Positions 19,406 to 29,074 of a stretch of 64,000 nucleotides of DNA are shown here, one piece after another. A program made the translations under genes and the position numbers. How positions within the stretch are numbered: position 1 is the first letter of the stretch; each line of letters opens with the position of its first letter. The notes under the pieces were generated by a model. The model worked only from the letters and a program-made list of their open reading frames with translations. It ran no database searches and was not told the DNA's origin. This DNA comes from an uncultured Gammaproteobacteria bacterium (GTDB lineage: Bacteria; Patescibacteriota; Microgenomatia; UBA8517): the NCBI GenBank assembly GCA_964617045.1, contig CAZTVZ010000002.1, positions 12,095-76,094 of the forward strand, in the 5' to 3' direction.

Positions 19406-19411
19406 ATCTAT

Positions 19412-19873
19412 ATGAACAAACTAGTACAAATGACAAAAGAGGGATTGGAAGCTCTAAAGACCGAGCTCAAAGATTTGGTTGAAGTTAAAAGACCTTCACT
19501 TGTGGAGAGGTTGTCTAATGCCAGATCTCAAGGTGATTTATCCGAAAACTCTGATTATGCCAATGCCAAGGAAGAGTTGGAATTTTTGGATGGAAGAATT
19601 GACGAAATCGGCGAAGTCCTCAAAAACGCCGTTGTTGTAAGCGGCAACGGAAAAAAGGACGGAGTCGGCGTGGGGACAAAAGTAACCGTTAAGGTAAACG
19701 GTTCGGAACATGTTTTTGAAATGGTTGGAGAATGGGAAGCCGATCCTGTAAATAAAAAGATATCTCCCGAATCTCCTTTGGGACAAGCTCTTTGTGGTAA
19801 AAAAGTCGGAGAAAAAGTTGAAGTTGAAGCTCCAGCCGGGACAATATCCTACGAGATAGTAAAAATCGATTAA
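19412..19873 (+). CDS. greA: transcription elongation factor GreA
   Basis: MTKEGLEALKTELKDL...RPSLVERLSNARSQGDLSENSDYANAKEE matches GreA N-terminal coiled coil. C-terminal FKBP-like domain. ORF track uses TTG at 19403. Confidence 0.9.
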   Translation: MNKLVQMTKEGLEALKTELKDLVEVKRPSLVERLSNARSQGDLSENSDYANAKEELEFLDGRIDEIGEVLKNAVVVSGNGKKDGVGVGTKVTVKVNGSEHVFEMVGEWEADPVNKKISPESPLGQALCGKKVGEKVEVEAPAGTISYEIVKID

Positions 19874-19919
19874 TCTTCAATCGTAATTTGTTTCCCTTTT
19901 TGCTAGAATAGCCTTAACT

Positions 19920-21476
19920 ATGTATTGGGCAGACAAACTGGCAAAAGAGATCGTTGAATCAGGTAAGCATCTTCCCTATTGGGTAGACGATATGAAGACC
20001 CCTTCCGGATACTCGCATATCGGTTCTTTGCGTGGTCCGATTATCCACTCGATGATTTATCGTGCACTTAAAGATCAAGGTAAAGAGGTAAAGTTTACTT
20101 TTATCTTTAACGATTTTGACTCCGCGGATGAACTTCCTCCGGAATTTAAGGAAGAATACAAAGAGTACATGGGATTTCCTCTTAAAAAAGTTCCTTCTCC
20201 GGATCCCAAATTTCAATCCATGGGAGATCTGTTGGCGGAGGATCTGAAAATTACTCTTCGTGAACTTGGGGTAGAAGGGGAATTTATTTCTTCTTGGGAA
20301 ATGTATCATCAAGGTAAGTTTGATGAGGTAATCAAGGAAGCTTTGGACAATTCGGAGAAGATTCAGGATATTTACCAGAAAGTATCTGGTTCGCAAAAGA
20401 AAGAAAAAGGTTGGCTGCCTTTACAAGTAATGTGCGAAAAATGCGGGAAACTCGGGACGACAAGGGTTTATGAATGGGACGGAAAAGAAGTTTCCTACAA
20501 ATGTGAACCTTCGATGGTTACATGGGCACAGGGCTGTGGACACGAAGGGAAAATTTCACCTTTTGGCGGTAACGGAAAATTGCCCTGGAAGGTGGATTGG
20601 GCAGCACATTGGAAAGTGGTTGGAATAACCATTGAAGGAGCGGGAAAAGATCATGGATCAGCAGGGGGGTCGTACGATATTGCTATGTCACTTTGTGATG
20701 AAGTATTCCACTACCCCAGACCATACAAGCTTCCATACGAATTCTTTTTGATTGGAGGAAAGAAAATGTCTTCTTCCAAAGGCTTGGGACTAAAATCTCA
20801 TGATGTAACAAAGTTGCTTCCTCCGAGTGTGGGAAGATTCCTTTTTTCCAGAACAGATCACAAAGAAGCAATTGATTTTGATCCGGTGGATACGATGACA
20901 ATACCCGATCTTTTTGACGAATACGACAGGTGTAGGGAAGCTTTCGTAACCGGATCCGATGAAGATTTGGGAAGAGCTTACGAATTGGCACAAGTTAATA
21001 GTGCAGACAAATCCAATTGTTATTTACCCAGATTTAGGGAAGTTGCTCAGGTTGTTCAAATGGGAAATATTGATATTGCAAAATACTTTGCGGATAAAAA
21101 GGGAAGTGAACTCAACGAAGAAGAACAAGAAATATTGGACGAAAGAATCAAATATTCCAGAGTATGGCTGGAAAAATATGCCCCGGAAGATGCCAAGTAT
21201 TCATTTAGGGAAAAATTGCCGGAGGTTAATCTTTCCGAAAAACAAAGAGAACTATTGGCAAAATTGTCATCGGAAGTATTCCATTCTAAAGCCCCCGAAG
21301 ATTTGGAAAAAACAATTTATGCAATCTCACAGGAAATGGACATTACTGCAAGAGATGCTTTCGGATCCATATATTCCGTTTTGCTTGGGAAGAATCATGG
21401 ACCAAAAGTTGCCTGGTTAATTTTTGGAATTGGGAAAGAAAAAGTGTCCGAAAGATTTGAGGAAGCTTCAAAATGA
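19920..21476 (+). CDS. lysK: lysine--tRNA ligase, class I (LysK-type)
   Basis: Class I motifs: HIGH-like GYSHIGSLRG and KMSKS-like KMSSSKG. Zinc-binding Cys cluster (CEKCGK...CEP...GCGH). 518 aa. Confidence 0.85.
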   Translation: MYWADKLAKEIVESGKHLPYWVDDMKTPSGYSHIGSLRGPIIHSMIYRALKDQGKEVKFTFIFNDFDSADELPPEFKEEYKEYMGFPLKKVPSPDPKFQSMGDLLAEDLKITLRELGVEGEFISSWEMYHQGKFDEVIKEALDNSEKIQDIYQKVSGSQKKEKGWLPLQVMCEKCGKLGTTRVYEWDGKEVSYKCEPSMVTWAQGCGHEGKISPFGGNGKLPWKVDWAAHWKVVGITIEGAGKDHGSAGGSYDIAMSLCDEVFHYPRPYKLPYEFFLIGGKKMSSSKGLGLKSHDVTKLLPPSVGRFLFSRTDHKEAIDFDPVDTMTIPDLFDEYDRCREAFVTGSDEDLGRAYELAQVNSADKSNCYLPRFREVAQVVQMGNIDIAKYFADKKGSELNEEEQEILDERIKYSRVWLEKYAPEDAKYSFREKLPEVNLSEKQRELLAKLSSEVFHSKAPEDLEKTIYAISQEMDITARDAFGSIYSVLLGKNHGPKVAWLIFGIGKEKVSERFEEASK

Positions 21477-22039
21477 TCAGTAGAGAAAGAGCACTGGAAA
21501 TACTTCACAATAATATGCAAAGCACAAATCTGCGCAGGCATTGTTATGCCGTGGAGGTTGTAATGAAAGCTCTTGCCAAACATTTTAAGGAAGATGGAGA
21601 TAAATGGGCGGTTGTTGGGCTTTTACATGATTCGGATTACGAGATTACGAAAGATAATCCGAAAGAGCACACATTAATTACCTTCAATTGGCTGAAAGAA
21701 ATTGGGGAGGACGATGAAGAAATATTATCTGCAATTTTGTCCCACAACTATGCGCATACGGGTAAGAATGAGCCGAAAAATAAATTGGAATGGTCATTGT
21801 ATACTTGCGACGAATTGACTGGGTTGATTGTTGCATGCGCACTTGTAAAACCGGACAAAAAACTGTCTTCCGTTACCGTGGATACGGTGATAAACAAATG
21901 GAACGAAAAATCGTTTGCCGCAGGTGTTGACAGAAAACAAATTGAATTGTGTGAAGACAAATTGGGAATAAAATTAAACGATTTTATCGGTATTGCCCTG
22001 AAAGCTATGCAGGAAATTGCTCCCGAATTGGGATTATAA
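21473..22039 (+). CDS. HD-domain phosphohydrolase
   Basis: H...HD motif (RRHCYAVE...LLHDSDYE) and downstream His/Asp. Confidence 0.7.
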   Translation: MISRERALEILHNNMQSTNLRRHCYAVEVVMKALAKHFKEDGDKWAVVGLLHDSDYEITKDNPKEHTLITFNWLKEIGEDDEEILSAILSHNYAHTGKNEPKNKLEWSLYTCDELTGLIVACALVKPDKKLSSVTVDTVINKWNEKSFAAGVDRKQIELCEDKLGIKLNDFIGIALKAMQEIAPELGL

Positions 22040-22046
22040 TAAATAA

Positions 22047-23285
22047 ATGTTGGACGCAAAATATATTTTAGAAAATTCAACCAAAGTGAAAGACGGAATT
22101 GCTGCGAAGCAGGTTGATCCAAAAATTGTCGATGAATTTATCTCTCTTTCCGAAGAAAGAAAATCAATGATCTCAAAAGTTGAAGAACTTAGATCTAAAA
22201 GGAACGAAATAGCAAAGTTGGGCCAGGCTTCAGAGGAGGGAAAAGAAATCAAAGAAGCTCTTAAAGATATCGAACCGAAATTGGCCGAGGTTGAAGAAAA
22301 ATACAAAAAAGTATTAAGAGAAATTCCCAATCTTCCCGCAGACGATGTAAAAGAAGGAAAAGATGAAAGAGAAAACGATATCGTCAGAAAATGGGGAGAA
22401 CCAAAATCTTTTTCTTTTACTCCAAAAGATCATGTTGAATTGGGAGAAAAATTGGGAATAATCGATATTGAAAGAGCGGCAAAAGTATCCGGAGCGAGGT
22501 TCGCATACTTAAAAGGAGACGGTGCTTTGCTTGAACTTGCACTGTATCAATATGCCGTGGATACTTTGACGAAAGAAGGATTTATCCCCGTAATTCCCCC
22601 TACCATGATCAAGACAGAATCAATGGAAGGAATGGGATATATGGAACACGGAGGGTCTGAAAATATGTATGTATTCGAAAAAGACGGACTTGTAATGGTG
22701 GGGACATCTGAACAATCGATAGGACCGATGCATAAAGGAGAAACAATTCCCCAAGACAAATTGCCCTTAAGGTATTTGGGCATTTCAAGCTGTTTCAGAA
22801 GAGAGACGGGAACTTCGGGAAAAGATATTAGGGGTATTTTAAGAGTCCATGAGTTTCATAAAGTGGAAATGTTCTCGTTTGTTAAACCCGAAGACAGTGA
22901 CGGTGAACATGAACTTTTTCTTTCGCTGGAAGAAAAATTATTACAAACGTTGAACATTCCGTATCAAGTGATAAAAATGTGCAGCGGTGACCTGGGGACT
23001 CCAGCTGCAAGAAAATATGATTTGGAAGCTTGGATTCCATCACAGGAGACTTATAGAGAATTAACTTCCACCTCAACAACAACAGATTACCAGGCAAGAA
23101 GATTGGGTATCAAATACCAGGACGGAATGAATACCGGATATGTACATACCGTTAACGGAACGGCTTTTGCAATCGGAAGAACTTTGATTGCCATATTGGA
23201 GAATTATCAAAACGAAGACGGATCCGTTGATGTGCCGGAAGTACTCAGAAAATACTTGGGCAAAGATAAACTATCTACTTCTTAA
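22047..23285 (+). CDS. serS: serine--tRNA ligase
   Basis: N-terminal coiled-coil arm. Class II motifs including FRRETGTSGKDIRGILRVHEFHKVE. 412 aa. Confidence 0.95.
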   Translation: MLDAKYILENSTKVKDGIAAKQVDPKIVDEFISLSEERKSMISKVEELRSKRNEIAKLGQASEEGKEIKEALKDIEPKLAEVEEKYKKVLREIPNLPADDVKEGKDERENDIVRKWGEPKSFSFTPKDHVELGEKLGIIDIERAAKVSGARFAYLKGDGALLELALYQYAVDTLTKEGFIPVIPPTMIKTESMEGMGYMEHGGSENMYVFEKDGLVMVGTSEQSIGPMHKGETIPQDKLPLRYLGISSCFRRETGTSGKDIRGILRVHEFHKVEMFSFVKPEDSDGEHELFLSLEEKLLQTLNIPYQVIKMCSGDLGTPAARKYDLEAWIPSQETYRELTSTSTTTDYQARRLGIKYQDGMNTGYVHTVNGTAFAIGRTLIAILENYQNEDGSVDVPEVLRKYLGKDKLSTS

Positions 23286-23954
23286 TTCTCTTATCGCTCC
23301 GTTGGCAATCCATTTTGCAGATTTCGAAGAAGGGTATTTATTCATTATTGTTTCGGATAGTTCGATCATCTCATTTTTGAGTTTCGGTCTGTTTTTTCCT
23401 ATTTGCCTGATTGCCCAATTGATTGCTTTTTTGACGAAATTTCTTTCGTCTGTTGCATGCTTAATTAAATATGGAAAGAATTTCTTGAAATCACCGTCTT
23501 TTAATTCTTTATTTTTGACTGCAAGAACTGCCATTAGTGCAAATCCGGCTCTTTTGTAATATTCCCCTTTTTTATTTGTCCACTCGATTGCTTTTTTGTG
23601 AGAGCAGGGGAGACTATACCAAATATTCATACATACTCCGTCGCAAATATCCCAACTATCGAATTCGCTTGCCCATTTGTCCATTTGATTTTCGGTTACC
23701 AATTCGGGTATGTCTATCATTCCGGCAAGATGTCTTGCTTCGTGAATATCGCTATCCCAGAGTTGAAGAGCAAGCTTGTGCAACTCGTTTTCTTTTCCCC
23801 GATATTCTTTTTTTATTGTTGCTGCGGTTTTTCTGAGATAAGGAATGGAAATACCCAAAAGATTGTTCCCTTTAATTCCGAATCTACTCATTCCTTCAAT
23901 GTTTTTTTCGTTTCTTTGTTTTTTTAATTCTGTAATTATGCTTTCGTAATTCAT
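23271..23954 (-). CDS. DNA alkylation repair protein (AlkD/AlkC-like HEAT-repeat glycosylase)
   Basis: About 227-aa helical repeat protein with aromatic-rich pattern (WDSD...W..EFDSWDICD) typical of the DNA_alkylation family. Confidence 0.6.
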   Translation of the reverse strand: MNYESIITELKKQRNEKNIEGMSRFGIKGNNLLGISIPYLRKTAATIKKEYRGKENELHKLALQLWDSDIHEARHLAGMIDIPELVTENQMDKWASEFDSWDICDGVCMNIWYSLPCSHKKAIEWTNKKGEYYKRAGFALMAVLAVKNKELKDGDFKKFFPYLIKHATDERNFVKKAINWAIRQIGKNRPKLKNEMIELSETIMNKYPSSKSAKWIANGAIRELRSR

Positions 23955-25114
23955 ATTCTTTTAAAATAAGTTTTACCCTTTAACTTTTCGGGCAATAGAC
24001 TCTTGTCGGAATATTTTTCGTACCCTTTACCGTAACCGATATCTTTCATTAGTTTTGTCGGCGCGTTTCGAATATTGAGAGGAACGGGTAAGTTTCCGTA
24101 TCGCTCCACATCTTTGAGAGCAGCCATATATGCGTCGTAAGATGATCTGTCTTTTTTGGCTAGAGACAGGTAGACAACACCGTGAGCAAGATTCTCGGCA
24201 CATTCGGGATATCCGATTATATGACACGCGTTGAATACTTCATTTGCAACAACAAGTGCAGTCGGTTGTGCCATGCCGATATCTTCGGATGCAAAAACAA
24301 CCATTCGGCGAGCAATGTATAAAGGATCTTGTCCTGCCAAAACCATTCTTGCCAAGTAATAAAGTGCCGCGTTTACATCTGATGCCCGCATTGATTTTAT
24401 AAATGCCGATATAACGTTGTAGAATTCTTCTCCTTGTTTGTCGAAAGTGTATTGCCTTCTTTGTAATGCTTGTTCAACCGTCTTAACGGTTAATATTTTA
24501 GAATTGGTTAAATTTTTGGCAATTTCGAGTACTGTGAGCGAAACCCTGGCATCACCGTTACTGGCCTCTATGAGAAAAGACATTGCGTCTTCGTTCATTT
24601 TTACCTTTAGCTTAAGGAGGCCTTTTTTGATTATCTTTTTCAGTTCTTTTTTCGTATGGCTGTTCATTATCAAAACCCTGGTTCGGGAGAGCAAAGGACC
24701 GATTACTTCGAAGGAGGGATTTTCCGTTGTTGCTCCGATTAATGTTATGTCTCCTTTTTCAACAAAGGGAAGCAATTTGTCCTGCTGCGCTTTGTTGAAA
24801 CGGTGTATCTCGTCAATCAGAACAACGGGGGGCTGGTCATTGTCCGGCTTCATAACTTTCTGAATTTCTTTCACCGATGCGGATACTGCCGAGAATTCAA
24901 AATACTCTCTTTTTAAAGTGTTTGCGATTATCCTTGCGAGTGTTGTTTTTCCAACACCGGGAGGTCCCCAAAAAACGAGAGATGGAAAGAATCCGGTTTT
25001 CTTGGCGTTAAGAAGAAGTTTTGTAACAATACCATTGTTTCCCACCAAATGTTCTTGCCCCACATAATCGTTAATGGTTTTTGGACGCAAGGTTTCTGCT
25101 AAAGGAACACTCAT
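23951..25114 (-). CDS. rarA: replication-associated recombination protein A (RarA/MgsA AAA+ ATPase)
   Basis: Walker A FWGPPGVGKTTLARIIA, Walker B VVLIDEIHRF, MgsA C-terminal helical domain. Confidence 0.9.
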   Translation of the reverse strand: MSVPLAETLRPKTINDYVGQEHLVGNNGIVTKLLLNAKKTGFFPSLVFWGPPGVGKTTLARIIANTLKREYFEFSAVSASVKEIQKVMKPDNDQPPVVLIDEIHRFNKAQQDKLLPFVEKGDITLIGATTENPSFEVIGPLLSRTRVLIMNSHTKKELKKIIKKGLLKLKVKMNEDAMSFLIEASNGDARVSLTVLEIAKNLTNSKILTVKTVEQALQRRQYTFDKQGEEFYNVISAFIKSMRASDVNAALYYLARMVLAGQDPLYIARRMVVFASEDIGMAQPTALVVANEVFNACHIIGYPECAENLAHGVVYLSLAKKDRSSYDAYMAALKDVERYGNLPVPLNIRNAPTKLMKDIGYGKGYEKYSDKSLLPEKLKGKTYFKRI

Positions 25115-25155
25115 TCGGTCATTTTATACCCAAAGAAAAACCGAAGTAAAGGAGA

Positions 25156-26334
25156 TTATTTATTGAATGATTGAAGTGCCTCTTTTTTAGCTATCAAATA
25201 AGCACCGGTTCCGACGAGTAACACGAAAAAGTTTACGACTCCTCCTATTACGGGAGGAACAATTACGACAGCATAAACAACAAGTCCGAGAAGATATGCA
25301 AGATATGGCGATTTGTTGGGCAGGATCTTTTTGCCCAAGGCATAAATTGTAAATATCTTGGCAACATAGAGCATTATCAAATACACAGGAAGGATTATGA
25401 AGGCAAGAGGAATTCCTATTACAGTTGCAAGCAGAATTATGAAAGCGAAAGGAGTCAAAAATACTGTTGCGAATCCAAGACCCATCGATTTCCAAAAATG
25501 TTTTGATACTGCTTCCGAAGATCCGTCCATGAACTTCTTGGACATTTTAATTATCAACATTCCGATAACAAGCAAAGATAATGTTCCCAGAATTCTTGCC
25601 CCCAAACTCATTCTCCCGAATTCTTCCCTGGTTTTCTCCCAATCCTTGTTGGCCTCTACTTTTACAGGCATGGGGTGTTCTATTACTTGACCTTTAACAA
25701 TTGCTGTTTGTGCGATTGTCGGTTTTACATCACTCCAATATTCGAATTTACCCAAGACATTGGCATTTTCGCCAAGCTTTATTTCACCCGCAACAACATC
25801 GAAATCTTTGGCCACTTTATTGTTCAAAATTACGTTACCGGCGGCAATATCGACGTTGTCGTTTATAGGTCCGTTAATTTCTATTGACCCTCCCGCGGCA
25901 ACAAAAGATCCGTTTATTACTGCATCTTCATCAATTATGATTTGTCCTCCGGCAACGGAAACATTTTTTCCGATTTTCCCTTTTATGTTTACTTGGCCTC
26001 CGATGATACGAAGATCTTCTTTTACTTCACCGGATATGGTAATTTCGCCTCCCGTAACCAAAAGATCGCCGTTTATTTTACCTGAAATATCAATTTTTCC
26101 TCCGGCAACATATGTATCTCCGGTTATTGTTCCTGCCAGATCTACTTGTTCTCCGTATGCGAAATAGGGATTGTGAATAATAATCGTTTTCTTATCAACC
26201 GAAAAATTCTTCATTTCCGGCAATTGTTCTTGGGCAAGCGCCCTTATCGGGAAGACAATAGAAAGAAGAAGAGACAATGCAAAAAATATTTTCTTCACAA
26301 TAATAATGATATTCTCACATATATTTTGAGTCAA
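25156..26334 (-). CDS. bactofilin-like (polymer-forming beta-helical repeat) protein fused to C-terminal multi-TM domain
   Basis: Signal-like N-terminus. About 180 aa of repeating G-x-[VI]-x-[VI]-x-G units (ISGKINGDLLVTGGEITISGEV...). Then 4-5 predicted TM helices. Confidence 0.5.
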   Translation of the reverse strand: MTQNICENIIIIVKKIFFALSLLLSIVFPIRALAQEQLPEMKNFSVDKKTIIIHNPYFAYGEQVDLAGTITGDTYVAGGKIDISGKINGDLLVTGGEITISGEVKEDLRIIGGQVNIKGKIGKNVSVAGGQIIIDEDAVINGSFVAAGGSIEINGPINDNVDIAAGNVILNNKVAKDFDVVAGEIKLGENANVLGKFEYWSDVKPTIAQTAIVKGQVIEHPMPVKVEANKDWEKTREEFGRMSLGARILGTLSLLVIGMLIIKMSKKFMDGSSEAVSKHFWKSMGLGFATVFLTPFAFIILLATVIGIPLAFIILPVYLIMLYVAKIFTIYALGKKILPNKSPYLAYLLGLVVYAVVIVPPVIGGVVNFFVLLVGTGAYLIAKKEALQSFNK

Positions 26335-26371
26335 TATATTATATTTGCCTCATTCCTGATAAAATGTATGC

Positions 26372-29050
26372 GTGTTTAATATATTTTCAAGGCTTCTTGA
26401 TATTAATCAGAAAGAAGTCGACAGATTAACCAGAATAGTCGAAAAGATTAACGAATTCGAACCTAAAATTAAGAAGTTGAAAGATTCCGATTTTGCAAAA
26501 AAAACGGATGAGTTCAAAAAAAGATTCGAAAAAGGGGAAGATTTGAAAGATATCCTTCCCGAAGCATATGCACTCGTAAGAGAAGCTTCATGGAGAGTTC
26601 TCGGAATGCGGCACTATGATGTCCAGCTGATGGCCTCGGTTGCACTGTTCGAAGGAAAAGTTGCAGAACAGAAAACCGGAGAAGGAAAAACGTTAGCTGC
26701 GGTACCGGCATTATATCTTCGGGCAATTTCAGGAGAGGGTGTTCATTTGGTTACGGTAAACGATTATTTGGCCAGACGTGATGCGGGATGGAATGCACCT
26801 GTTTTTAACATGCTGGGTTTGTCAGTAGGATCAATCATTCAGGATACAAAATCATTTATTTACGATCCGGAATACACCGACACCTCGCACGGTGACGAGA
26901 GACTTGCCCACCTGAAACCTTGTGAGAGAAGAGAGGCTTATAAAGCAGATATTACATATGGAACCAACAATGAATTCGGATTCGACTACTTAAGAGACAA
27001 TATGGTTTCCTCCTTGGAAGAAATGGTCCAAAGAGGTCATTATTTTGCCATTGTTGACGAAGTTGATTCTATTCTTATTGATGAGGCAAGAACTCCTCTT
27101 ATCATTTCTGCACCGGATACCGAGCCTACCGAAAAATATTATAAATTTGCAGAGCTTGTAGGAAAACTCAATCCTGATACCGATTACAAAGTTGACGAAA
27201 AAGCCAAATCGGCAACTCTTACTGAACATGGGATTGCAAAAGTAGAAAAAATTTTAGGAGTTGAGAATCTTTACGAAAAAGATTTTGAATCGATACATCA
27301 TATAGAAAACGCTCTTCGTGCAAGAAGTCTTTACCTGAAAGACAAGGATTATGTTGTTAAGGATAATCAGGTTACCATCGTCGACGAATTTACCGGAAGA
27401 CTTATGTTGGGAAGAAGATGGAGTGACGGATTGCATCAGGCTGTTGAGGCCAAAGAAGGAGTATCCATCCAACAGGAGAGCAAAACACTTGCTACTATTT
27501 CTTTTCAAAATTATTTCAGAATGTACAAACATCTTTCCGGAATGACGGGAACAGCATCAACGGAAGCGGAAGAATTTAGGAAGATTTACAAACTCGATGT
27601 TGTCGTTATTCCCACGCACAGACAGATGGCCAGGAAAGACAATTCCGATTCGATTTTTAAAACACTCAGAGGAAAATACGGTGCAATTGTTGCCGATATC
27701 GAAAAGATGCATCATGATGGTCAACCGGTACTTGTTGGTACGACATCAATCGAAAAGAATGAAATTATCTCCGAATACCTAAAAAGAAGAAAAATTCCCC
27801 ATAAAGTTTTAAACGCCAAGAACCATGAAAGCGAAGCTTTGATTATTTCGGAAGCAGGAAAAGAGGGGGCAGTTACTGTTGCCACCAATATGGCGGGAAG
27901 AGGAGTAGATATCGTATTGGGCGGAGCAATGCCAGACAGACGGGAAGGTCAAAGTCAGGAAGATTATCAAAATTCAAAAGAATACAAAGAATGGAAAAAA
28001 ACCCATGACAGAATAATTGATTTGGGAGGACTTCATGTTATAGGAACGGAAAGACACGAATCCAGGAGAATTGATAATCAGTTAAGGGGAAGATCTGGAA
28101 GACAGGGTGACCCCGGTTCTTCCAGATTCTATTTATCCTTGGAAGACGATTTGATGAGAATATTCGGAGGAGAACAAATTGGTGCGGTTATGGATAGACT
28201 CCAACTTCCAGAGGATCAGCCTATTGAGAACTCTTTGGTCAGCAGAGCAATAGAACAAGCCCAGGTAAAAGTTGAAGGATTCCATTTCGATATAAGAAAA
28301 AGATTGGTGGAGTTTGATGATGTTGCCAATCAACAAAGAGAAATTGTTTACAAGCTAAGAAGAAGAATGCTTGAGTCCCCGGATGTAAAAGAAGAAATCT
28401 TGGAAAAACTAAAAGTTCAAGCCGAAAACATAGTAGAAACATCTTGGTATGAATATGAATCATCCCCGGATTTAGACAAAATAATGGGTAATTTGTTGGA
28501 AATTATTCCTTTTGATGAAAAATCTTCAAAAAGAGTAAGGGAAGAACTGGAAAAGAGAAATTCTAAGTCCGAAATGGTTGAATTGTTGAAAGGAGTGATT
28601 ACCGATGTACACACCGCAAGAGAAAAACAGCTTTCTCCTGAAATAATGAGACAGGTTGAGAAGTATGCATATTTGGGATCTATCGATAAACTATGGATAG
28701 ACCACTTGGATCAGATAGAAAATCTGAGAGAAGGAATAGGCCTCAGAGCTTACGGACAAAGAGATCCTTTGGTCGAATTTAAAAATGAAGCGTTCAATCT
28801 GTTTGAAGGTTTGGTTTCAAGAATTGACGAGGAACTTTCAAGAAGATTGTTTAGAATCAATGTCGGAATTCCAAGAAGTGAAATTCCCTTGGAACGAGCT
28901 GTCGAGAATGTGGACCGAAACGATTCAACAGGGCTATCGGAAAATAGAAAGACCGATAAGCCCAAAACAAGTACCATTGGTAGAAACGATCCGTGCTGGT
29001 GCGGTAGTGGAAAAAAGTGGAAAAAGTGTCACTATCCGCAAACCGGATAG
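26372..29050 (+). CDS. secA: preprotein translocase ATPase SecA
   Basis: DEAD-like motor motifs, preprotein cross-linking and helical scaffold regions. C-terminal zinc finger CWCGSGKKWKKCH. 892 aa. Confidence 0.95.
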   Translation: MFNIFSRLLDINQKEVDRLTRIVEKINEFEPKIKKLKDSDFAKKTDEFKKRFEKGEDLKDILPEAYALVREASWRVLGMRHYDVQLMASVALFEGKVAEQKTGEGKTLAAVPALYLRAISGEGVHLVTVNDYLARRDAGWNAPVFNMLGLSVGSIIQDTKSFIYDPEYTDTSHGDERLAHLKPCERREAYKADITYGTNNEFGFDYLRDNMVSSLEEMVQRGHYFAIVDEVDSILIDEARTPLIISAPDTEPTEKYYKFAELVGKLNPDTDYKVDEKAKSATLTEHGIAKVEKILGVENLYEKDFESIHHIENALRARSLYLKDKDYVVKDNQVTIVDEFTGRLMLGRRWSDGLHQAVEAKEGVSIQQESKTLATISFQNYFRMYKHLSGMTGTASTEAEEFRKIYKLDVVVIPTHRQMARKDNSDSIFKTLRGKYGAIVADIEKMHHDGQPVLVGTTSIEKNEIISEYLKRRKIPHKVLNAKNHESEALIISEAGKEGAVTVATNMAGRGVDIVLGGAMPDRREGQSQEDYQNSKEYKEWKKTHDRIIDLGGLHVIGTERHESRRIDNQLRGRSGRQGDPGSSRFYLSLEDDLMRIFGGEQIGAVMDRLQLPEDQPIENSLVSRAIEQAQVKVEGFHFDIRKRLVEFDDVANQQREIVYKLRRRMLESPDVKEEILEKLKVQAENIVETSWYEYESSPDLDKIMGNLLEIIPFDEKSSKRVREELEKRNSKSEMVELLKGVITDVHTAREKQLSPEIMRQVEKYAYLGSIDKLWIDHLDQIENLREGIGLRAYGQRDPLVEFKNEAFNLFEGLVSRIDEELSRRLFRINVGIPRSEIPLERAVENVDRNDSTGLSENRKTDKPKTSTIGRNDPCWCGSGKKWKKCHYPQTG

Positions 29051-29074
29051 AAATTAATATAATAAATCTGCCTA

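Noticed and set aside
20959-21420. 153-aa alternate-frame ORF inside lysK
   Set aside because: Embedded in class I LysRS reading frame, which carries HIGH/KMSKS motifs.
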